Assembly (NCBI GenBank): GCA_051362555.1
Contig: CM120643.1
Location: forward strand, 10,602,001 to 10,666,000
DNA from: Lingula anatina
Lineage: Eukaryota > Animalia > Brachiopoda
Direction: 5' to 3'
Length of the DNA stretch: 64,000 nt
Shown here in pieces: positions 56,150 through 64,000 of this stretch (positions within the stretch are counted from its first letter, which is position 1; each line of letters opens with the position of its first letter). The notes under the pieces were generated by a model. The model did no database searches. It was not told the DNA's origin and saw nothing but the letters and a program-made list of their open reading frames with translations. The position numbers were made by a program, and so were the translations under genes.

Positions 56150-59100
56150 TTAGAATTTATTGCCGACAAGATGCTGCATTTCATGTCTTAGAAGTTGCTC
56201 AGAAGCAGGAAAAGCACGGTCACAATACTGACATATCCACATAGTCTCAAGGCCCTCCAGCTTGTCTTCCTTTTTTACGCCATCTACAGGAGGTTTACTG
56301 AGATTCTGAAACACAGCTGCTGCACCAATAGGCTTATCTTCCACAGTAGGTGCCACTCTTTGCTTTGGTTTTTCAGGTATTGGGATTTTTTCAACGGGGA
56401 TGAATTCATTGTCATTGGTGTTGTCAGCAGCATCACAAGTTTTGGTCAAGTTCATTGCTTTACTGTACTCTGAAATGTCAATGAACTCTGGTTCTGGCTT
56501 GACCGACTGGCTCATATCAACAGCGCTCGTATCATCAAGGGTGTCTTCATCATCCTGGTCATTCTTTTCCTTGGATTCTATGTTGTTGAAGTTAAAATGC
56601 ACCTTGATATGTTGGTTAAGCAGATGCGTCTTGCTAACACTGTAGTCACAATAGGGGCACTTGAGTTCACTGTGTATCATGTGAAACTTTAGGTGAGTCA
56701 GTAAGTTATCTCGTCGTATGTTAGTATATGGGCATCTATCACACTTGTACAGTTTCTTTGGTTCCAGGACATCATCCAATTTGTTTTCTAGAAGATCCCA
56801 TGAATCATGTACGCCACCTGGCCCAGTTGCAGCATCCCCAGGATCTAAGGTGCTCGCCACAAGAATATCGGCAGGCATCTGTGGGAGATGTTGCAAGTTG
56901 GTGATGGATTGGACAGCCAGCAAGTTCTGATTGGGCAGCAAATGCAGCTTTCTATGCTGAAGCAACAGGTTGTATCCAGGGACGCTATAATCACAGTACT
57001 CGCAAAGGTAACGCTGCTTGCTTCCATGGAGACTGATATGCCGCTCAAATTGACCTCGTTTGGTGGTGGCATATGGGCACTTCTCACAACACCATTTCTT
57101 GTATTTTGCATGTTCTAGGATGTGTTCACCGGTAGGGTCATTGTAGCGTAAGTTGAATCCAGCATGAGCAACTGTGTCCGGGTTGTTGGCAATATTAGCG
57201 TGCAGTTCCTCAACTTCCTCCTTTGTGAGTGGTGGTTTGGAATGAGAGGCAGCTTTTTCTGCTTCCTCTGCAGCCGGATCTATATCAGTTTCGGGATTAA
57301 ACTGAGATGTGTGTACCTTCACATGGTGGGTCATCAGCCCCTTGTTTCCACAATGATAGTCACAGTGCTGGCACTTCATAGCACCTTCACGATACCCATG
57401 CATTCCTTCATGCATGCGAAGATTCACGCTACGAACGTTAGTGTACGGGCAGTACTTGCACTTGTGTAGCTTCCCTGAGGTTTTAGCAGCAGGTGTAACA
57501 TTACTACTACTACTATTGCTGTGAACAACAGGCTCAATCTTTTCAATCTTCATTTCTAACTCTGGGCCAGCTTGGTTAGAACGCAGGGGCACGCTCAAAA
57601 CACGTGAGCTAATAATGTCATGCTTGTATCCAGCAGCCTCAACTACATCCATCTCAGCATAGGACTCACACAGGGATTCCTCATATTCCTGATCAGAGGG
57701 GCCCGAAGCCTTGACATCTTCCACGTCCCCAAACTGTATATGGTACTTCATATGTTGTCGCAGCAATCTCTTTCGGCTGACCCAGTAATTACAGTACTGG
57801 CATTTAAAAGGAGCAGTTGGCTTGGGCCTGTGAAACTGTTTGTGGTACAGAAAGTCATGCCTTGAGTTGGTGTTGTACGGACACACATTACACTTGTACC
57901 TCTTGTCACCACCCGTTGAGACACTTGTGGTGCGTTGTTTCTTTGGAGGGCTTGGATGCTTCACTGCAGGAACAATATGCTGGATATGTTCTACCTTTGC
58001 TGCCTGGTGCATTCGGTGGTGCTGTATAAGTAGACGGGGGACACACACATAGTACGGGCAGTATTTGCACTTGTGGTTGTTCAAGGCACTGGGTTTGTGG
58101 TGGGTCCTGTGCATCTTAAAAAGGTTTTTCTTATCAGAACGATACGGACAAATGTTGCATTGGTATTTTTTGTGTCTGATTACAGGCTTGGCAGGACTTG
58201 AATCAATGGGTAGCGGCTTTGGTGAGGTGAGAGATTGATTTTGTGGTCTGGGTGTATCAGGGCTCAAGAAATCTGTGGAAATAGCTCTGTTCATTCTTGT
58301 GAGCAGAACTTCAAAGTTCCCTTCCTCACAATGCTGATAGTCTTGAATCTTGTGTTTCTCTCTCAGGTGGCGGAAAATGGCATTTTTCCAATTGGAAGCA
58401 TGTCCACAGAGCTTACAACGAAAACTGCGCTGACTCAAAGATGGGAGTCCTTGCCCCTGGCCCCCTTGCTCTGGTGAGGATGTTGTCATACTGTCAGCCT
58501 CTTTCGTTTCTCCTGACACCTGCACAGCTTTTCTTTCTCCTGTAAAATTTGGGTTTGCTATGACAGAAACAGAGGGATCACTGCTGTGCTTCTTACGAAT
58601 ATGTCTACGTACAGAATTTCTGAAGACTGATGCAAAGCTGCAAGATGAACATTTCCACTGCTTGAACTGTGCAGCATGCGTTTTCACATGGTCTATAACA
58701 ACCTCACGGTGGGTGTCCTTGAAGGGGCACCTTGCACACTTCCATACTCTTGCCTTTTTATTTGAATCTGGTGAGGACGCAGTGTTCTCTTTCTTGGAGT
58801 CATTCAGGGCTGCCTGAGCTGCTAGTGCAGCAGGCAAGCTGAATTTCCTCCTGGCAATCTGGCAGTAGTCTGCCAAAGAGTTGGCAGCCTCTTTCTGGCT
58901 CATCACTTGTATGGAACCTTTCCCCTTGTGCCTCCTACGTATGTGTCTCACAATGTCACTGCGCCAGTTGGACCTGTAGATGCAGGAAGAGCATCGAAAC
59001 CGCTTAGTGTTGTGTATGTCATGTTGGTTGAGATATGCAATTTTTGACTTGGACTGTAGGTCATGCTGCTCAATAACATAGGCATTGGAATTTGGGTGGA

Positions 59101-62100
59101 GAACACGAATGTGTTTGTTCAGATCCCATTTCCAGTTGGAGCGTTTTCCACAGAGGGAGCATTTAAATGGACGCTGGTCTTTATCATCATCTCCTATTAT
59201 GTGTACTTCTGCTTTCACTGGTGATGATTCAGATCCTTTGTTGTTATGATGACCACCTGATGCAAGAGGCAGTGGTGAAGGTTTGGAAAGAAACCTGGGT
59301 CTGGTTTGTGCATTCTGGGATACATAAACTTGTGGCTTCTTCACAGCTTCCATTTTTGGAGGAATTCTGATCATGTGTGCATGGGGGTGTTTCGCTGCAA
59401 TATGCCTCTTAATAACAGTTATCCATCTCGACTGCTGACTGCAAATGGAGCACTTGAAAATACGAAAATTTCCCAGCTCCGTGTTAGAGGCTGATGGTGA
59501 GTCATCTGCAGCACGTTCGATTTCTATCTCAGGCGGGCTGTCAGCAGTCGCATCCAAGTTTTTTGGAAGATTTAAGTTGGGTTCTGGGATAAGTACGGGA
59601 GGGTCTGTGGTACCACTATTCATTGAGCTTGATAAGTCCAGGCTCCCAGTACTACTCCCATTCATAGAATTTTCATTATCATCAGAATTAGTCTCCCCTT
59701 GCTTGTACACTTCTATTACATAGGCATCAGTGCCTTGGTGCACAAGACGAATATGCTTGTTCAGATCCCATTTCCAGTTTGATCTCCTAGAGCACAGTGA
59801 ACACTTAAAGGGTCGCCGATCAACCACCACGGATGGGCTGTCATTATCATTCCCTCGACCCACTTGACTGGGGCTATTACTATGACTGGGGGCTGGGTAC
59901 AATTTAGCCTTATCCCATAACTTTACCACATGGGCATCGGTTCCTGGGTGACGCATCCTTATATGACGGTTGATGTCGCTGTTCCAGTTGGATCTCCGAC
60001 TGCACTTGGAGCACTTATATGGTCTAAGATCTTCCATTGTGTTTGGGTCAACATTCTGAGCTACCTGTTTACCCTTTCCTGGTGTGCTATCAGGAGTGCG
60101 GTTGTCTTTTGGAGCTGGGCGATCATCAATCACTTCACCCTCTTGGCCAGGATGCTGCTTCTCAATGTGCTTTTTCAAATCCCATTTCCAATTTGACCTT
60201 CTGTTGCAAATAGAGCACCTCAGTGGCCTCTCGTCCCCTGTTGGATGACTACCAGACTTTGAAGATGGGGTAGAGTAGCCACTGAATTTGCTTGGTGTTA
60301 GCTCATTAGAGTAAGAAGTGTCAAAGGAATTCACTGAGGCTTGATCTTGATGTTCAGAGAGTTCCACAGTGCTGCTGTTATAGGAGGCATCAGACATATT
60401 GGACATGGTTTCCAAAGCAGTCTGGGCATCCACACTGGTCTCCATGTCCAGATCAACATCAACTGGAATCATGCTGCCATCTTCATTTTCCTCTAAAACA
60501 ACTGCATCCTCATCTCCAGGGTGAGAGCTCTGGATGTGCTTTGCTATGTCCCATTTCCATCTGGACTTCCGTTCACACAATGAGCATCGATAGGGTCGTG
60601 GTTGACTTCCCACAGGCTGGTTTGCATAGGAACGATTCCCAGCTGCTCGCGCATAGTCACGGTTTGCCACAGATTCTAGATAATCTGTCAGAGTGGCACG
60701 GGCTTCCTCTTCTGTCAGCTGTATGACATCCTGCACATCACGGTCAGGGTGCTCTTTTCTCATGTGTTTCTGGATGTCCCATTTCCAGTTGGCCCTCTGA
60801 CCACATTCTGGGCACTTAAACATTTTCAGGTTCTCATGGATGGCTATATGAGCCTTCATCTTTGAGGGTGCCCTCGCAGTGTATGGACACATTGGGCACT
60901 TAATCTCCCCTGCATTTGTAGAATCTGCTGTGGAGGTAGAGGGGGTGGTCTCGTGACTCACAGAACCCCCACTCATGTTATCACTGCTCACATTATTCAT
61001 TCTGAGGGTTCCATTCTGTGGGTTCAGCAGCTTCTCATTGATGATCTTCTGCTCCACTTGTGCCATGGCAACATCAATGGAAACAGTCATGTCCTCTTGA
61101 TGATGCTTTTCAAAATGGCGCTTGAGGTCCCCACGCCAGCTGGTGGCATAACTGCAGTATGTGCACTGGTACGGCTTCTCTCCTGTGTGGAGACGCATGT
61201 GGCGTTCCAGAGCTGATTGGTACACTGCCACATATCCACACTCGGGACAAATGTAGCTGCCTGAGGAGGATGAGGCATTGGGAGTACTGGTGGTGGCACC
61301 ACTGGGCACTGAGGTAGTGGTAGCTGTGGTGCCGGTGGTGTCATCAGTGGTGTCTGCTAGCACAGTTTTACTGCCACTCTTCCCAGTGGCATAGTAATTG
61401 TGGGTCTTCTTCATATGAGCATTAACGTCTCCCTGGTATTTGTATCTCTTCCAGCAGAACATGCATTTGAAACGTTTGTCAATGGAATGGACCTTCAGGT
61501 GGCGTCTAAGGTCACTTGGCCATTTTGCCATGTAGGAACAATGGCTGCACTTGAGGTTCAACATAGGCTGGTGCAAAACTGACTTCAGTGGGGTACTGGA
61601 GGGAGAGGTCTTCATGGAAAGATCTAGGGGCTGGTCTTCTGATGAAGAGGCACCGTCAAGACGAGGCACTTTGGCAGAGAGATTGAGTGGTGCCCCAGAT
61701 CCGGATCCATCACCATCACCAGTGTCATCAGTGTCGTCATTGAAACCAGTGTCTTCCAGGCGACGCTTATGAGTGATATAATCCTTGAGACGGACACCGT
61801 GTTTCTTCTTCATGTGGCGGTTAAGGTCTGAGGAGCGCTTGTAACGCAACTCGCACAGATCACAAGTGTATTCTGCATCATTCATGTGAGAAAGCAGATG
61901 ATCCTGTAATTTAGCAGGACAACGTGCTTTGTACCCACACACAATACAGATGCAAGAACTGGTGGAATTTTCGTTCTCATCCATCTCCATGCTGTTAGCA
62001 TCTTCATCAATCACCAATGGCCCTTGCTCATCAATCACTAAATTAGCAGGTGAATCTGATAGGCTATCTTGCTCATCTGCAGACCCCTGGTCACTGTGGT

Positions 62101-63238
62101 AACAGGCCTCGTGTGCCCTTATTCTTCCCAGACTTTGAGCAGTGTAGCTACACAGGTTACACTTGAAAGGACCTGAGCCACCATGGTTCAACATATGGCG
62201 GTCCAGGTTAGCCCTTAGCGTGGTGGAGTACTGGCACTCCTGACACTGGTAAGTCTGCTTGTTGGAATGCTTGGCTTTGTGGAGGACAAAATCAATTCTC
62301 TTTTGTGTGGAAAAGCTACAAAACTGGCAAGAATAAGTCTTGGCGCTGAGGTGAACCTGCTTGACATGCCTAGCAACTTTATAGCGAGTTGCATGGGTGT
62401 ATGTACAGAGAATGCACTTCCACTGCACGCAGCCATCGATCACAAGTTCCTGCAGTTTTGAGGTAACTTCAGGATCACTTGTTACATTTGCAGTGGAAGT
62501 GGATGATGAAGTATGCTTGACACCATTTTGCTTAGTGGCATCCTCGTCATCGTCTGCATCATTCTCATGATCATCACTGGGGCTCTCCATTTGGGCCACC
62601 AAAAATTCCTCATCATCAAATTCTTCATTCTCAGCGATAGCAGCCTCCACATCCAAAACATCCCCTGTCTCTGCCTCAATCTCATGTTCAATTTTACGAG
62701 TTGTCTGACTAATTCGTCTTACAACTGCAGGTTTTCGACGGGACCGTTTCTCACTAGGAGGTGTCACTGTTGCAGAAGGTGGTGAAGGCCCATGATTGGT
62801 TGACTCTCCCTGAGATTTTATTGCATGGTTTGCTGCCCCTGATCCAGGATCCAATAAGAGATCACCAGACGGAGGTGAGCTGTTTTTATGAATCATACTC
62901 CTATGTCTAAACACCTTGTCTTTGTATCTTGATGCATATTCACAAATATCACAGGCATAAATAGGAAAGTCCTCTCCATGGGCATCCTTCTGGTGAAGAA
63001 GAAACAACTTGGATTTTTTGGTTGAAAAGGCACAGTGGCAGGTATACTGACGCACAAAAGGCTTACGACTGGGTTCTTTCACGCCTCCTTTATTACTGCC
63101 CTCGCTACCCTTGGGGAGACATCGCCTTAGGTGCCTCTGTAGAAGAATTTTGTGTTTTGTCACATAATTGCAGTTTTTGCAAGGAAAGGTGGCATTCCCT
63201 TTAGTCTTGGCAAAAGACACCTTAACTTGAAGAGGCAT
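56150..63238 (-). CDS. Large multi-C2H2 zinc-finger protein (2362 aa, single coding exon)
   Basis: Uninterrupted 7089-nt ORF with roughly 40 CxxC...HxxxH/HxxxxH fingers, mostly in pairs or singlets. Acceptor at 63300-63301 with in-frame stops before the ATG. PLDLS and PLNLS motifs present. Candidate polyA signal at 53412-53417 (- strand). Confidence 0.95.
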   Translation of the reverse strand: MPLQVKVSFAKTKGNATFPCKNCNYVTKHKILLQRHLRRCLPKGSEGSNKGGVKEPSRKPFVRQYTCHCAFSTKKSKLFLLHQKDAHGEDFPIYACDICEYASRYKDKVFRHRSMIHKNSSPPSGDLLLDPGSGAANHAIKSQGESTNHGPSPPSATVTPPSEKRSRRKPAVVRRISQTTRKIEHEIEAETGDVLDVEAAIAENEEFDDEEFLVAQMESPSDDHENDADDDEDATKQNGVKHTSSSTSTANVTSDPEVTSKLQELVIDGCVQWKCILCTYTHATRYKVARHVKQVHLSAKTYSCQFCSFSTQKRIDFVLHKAKHSNKQTYQCQECQYSTTLRANLDRHMLNHGGSGPFKCNLCSYTAQSLGRIRAHEACYHSDQGSADEQDSLSDSPANLVIDEQGPLVIDEDANSMEMDENENSTSSCICIVCGYKARCPAKLQDHLLSHMNDAEYTCDLCELRYKRSSDLNRHMKKKHGVRLKDYITHKRRLEDTGFNDDTDDTGDGDGSGSGAPLNLSAKVPRLDGASSSEDQPLDLSMKTSPSSTPLKSVLHQPMLNLKCSHCSYMAKWPSDLRRHLKVHSIDKRFKCMFCWKRYKYQGDVNAHMKKTHNYYATGKSGSKTVLADTTDDTTGTTATTTSVPSGATTSTPNASSSSGSYICPECGYVAVYQSALERHMRLHTGEKPYQCTYCSYATSWRGDLKRHFEKHHQEDMTVSIDVAMAQVEQKIINEKLLNPQNGTLRMNNVSSDNMSGGSVSHETTPSTSTADSTNAGEIKCPMCPYTARAPSKMKAHIAIHENLKMFKCPECGQRANWKWDIQKHMRKEHPDRDVQDVIQLTEEEARATLTDYLESVANRDYARAAGNRSYANQPVGSQPRPYRCSLCERKSRWKWDIAKHIQSSHPGDEDAVVLEENEDGSMIPVDVDLDMETSVDAQTALETMSNMSDASYNSSTVELSEHQDQASVNSFDTSYSNELTPSKFSGYSTPSSKSGSHPTGDERPLRCSICNRRSNWKWDLKKHIEKQHPGQEGEVIDDRPAPKDNRTPDSTPGKGKQVAQNVDPNTMEDLRPYKCSKCSRRSNWNSDINRHIRMRHPGTDAHVVKLWDKAKLYPAPSHSNSPSQVGRGNDNDSPSVVVDRRPFKCSLCSRRSNWKWDLNKHIRLVHQGTDAYVIEVYKQGETNSDDNENSMNGSSTGSLDLSSSMNSGTTDPPVLIPEPNLNLPKNLDATADSPPEIEIERAADDSPSASNTELGNFRIFKCSICSQQSRWITVIKRHIAAKHPHAHMIRIPPKMEAVKKPQVYVSQNAQTRPRFLSKPSPLPLASGGHHNNKGSESSPVKAEVHIIGDDDKDQRPFKCSLCGKRSNWKWDLNKHIRVLHPNSNAYVIEQHDLQSKSKIAYLNQHDIHNTKRFRCSSCIYRSNWRSDIVRHIRRRHKGKGSIQVMSQKEAANSLADYCQIARRKFSLPAALAAQAALNDSKKENTASSPDSNKKARVWKCARCPFKDTHREVVIDHVKTHAAQFKQWKCSSCSFASVFRNSVRRHIRKKHSSDPSVSVIANPNFTGERKAVQVSGETKEADSMTTSSPEQGGQGQGLPSLSQRSFRCKLCGHASNWKNAIFRHLREKHKIQDYQHCEEGNFEVLLTRMNRAISTDFLSPDTPRPQNQSLTSPKPLPIDSSPAKPVIRHKKYQCNICPYRSDKKNLFKMHRTHHKPSALNNHKCKYCPYYVCVPRLLIQHHRMHQAAKVEHIQHIVPAVKHPSPPKKQRTTSVSTGGDKRYKCNVCPYNTNSRHDFLYHKQFHRPKPTAPFKCQYCNYWVSRKRLLRQHMKYHIQFGDVEDVKASGPSDQEYEESLCESYAEMDVVEAAGYKHDIISSRVLSVPLRSNQAGPELEMKIEKIEPVVHSNSSSSNVTPAAKTSGKLHKCKYCPYTNVRSVNLRMHEGMHGYREGAMKCQHCDYHCGNKGLMTHHVKVHTSQFNPETDIDPAAEEAEKAASHSKPPLTKEEVEELHANIANNPDTVAHAGFNLRYNDPTGEHILEHAKYKKWCCEKCPYATTKRGQFERHISLHGSKQRYLCEYCDYSVPGYNLLLQHRKLHLLPNQNLLAVQSITNLQHLPQMPADILVASTLDPGDAATGPGGVHDSWDLLENKLDDVLEPKKLYKCDRCPYTNIRRDNLLTHLKFHMIHSELKCPYCDYSVSKTHLLNQHIKVHFNFNNIESKEKNDQDDEDTLDDTSAVDMSQSVKPEPEFIDISEYSKAMNLTKTCDAADNTNDNEFIPVEKIPIPEKPKQRVAPTVEDKPIGAAAVFQNLSKPPVDGVKKEDKLEGLETMWICQYCDRAFPASEQLLRHEMQHLVGNKF

Positions 63239-64000
63239 ATCTGTGGAATGTCTGAAGTCAACTAGCCCTGAGTGGAATTACCTTTCATCTCATCATTATC
63301 TGAAATAAAAAAGGAAATAAGATGTCACTTTTTATCTAAAAAGTTATGTGCAGAAAATTATACAGATCTGCTGGAAAAGTGTAATTCAGAATAAACAAAC
63401 AGACCATTTTGCCATCATTTTAAGTCATTTTAGGCTTAAAAGAGCACCTAAGGCACAAACATTTCATCTTCATGACTAAGTGCGGTTTTGCTGCGTCAAG
63501 GAAAAAATTATCAGACAAGAACAACCTAGCAATTACGCTTTTATGATTTTTCTTTTCTTCAAAGGCATTCACTTCAAACTGCTTTCCTGTTTTGGGATAT
63601 AATTAATGAAACCCTATGTTATACAGACAAACTAATATTTTAACCAAAAGCCCTATTTCTTAGAAACATTATAAAGAACTTGGTACTAACAGAATTACAA
63701 ATCTACAAGTACAATAGAAAAAATGGTGCAATGTTTAGATGAAGGCAAACAGCGTTTATCGCCAATGAAAAAATTCCAAGGTTATTCAGGTACTTGCTGC
63801 ACATTATTCAACATTAATATAAACTGATAGAGGTTTAAGTTCTTGTAAAAAGCAGAAACAAAGACATACATTCTGGCTTGCACAAATAGGTATGTGAAAG
63901 TATCACACTCAAAAACACATGCACATATCCAACCATCCATCCAATCCAAACAATTAAAGGGATAATAACTCTTCGTATGAAATCTATATTTCACAATAAA

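Noticed and set aside
56195-63204. Many + strand and alternative-frame ORFs over the zinc-finger gene
   Set aside because: Shadow ORFs of a long GC-richer coding exon.

Overview
AT-rich, intron-containing animal genomic DNA, most plausibly a marine invertebrate such as a lophotrochozoan (inference from gene and repeat content). Seven protein-coding genes can be assembled by hand from GT-AG exons. (1) A + strand single-vWA-domain protein with Ala/Lys-rich basic flanks (1284-5348). (2) A - strand copine (25349-7815) with two duplicated, mutually exclusive terminal exons. (3) An 83-aa hydrophobic Cys-rich protein nested antisense in copine's 11.5-kb intron. (4) TBC1D20 (+), head-to-head with copine. 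(5) ORC6 (+), whose second intron holds a 5.2-kb TTAA-flanked, decayed Kolobok-type transposon with two LINE fragments inside it. (6) A secreted signal peptide + PAN/Apple + 17-aa Cys repeats + C-type lectin mosaic protein (-). (7) A 2362-aa multi-C2H2 zinc-finger protein with a single coding exon (-). Intronic and intergenic DNA holds MITEs, Helentron/HINE-like satellite-bearing elements, tandem duplications and microsatellites. No rRNA, tRNA or CRISPR was seen. All gene models are manual and lack transcript support.
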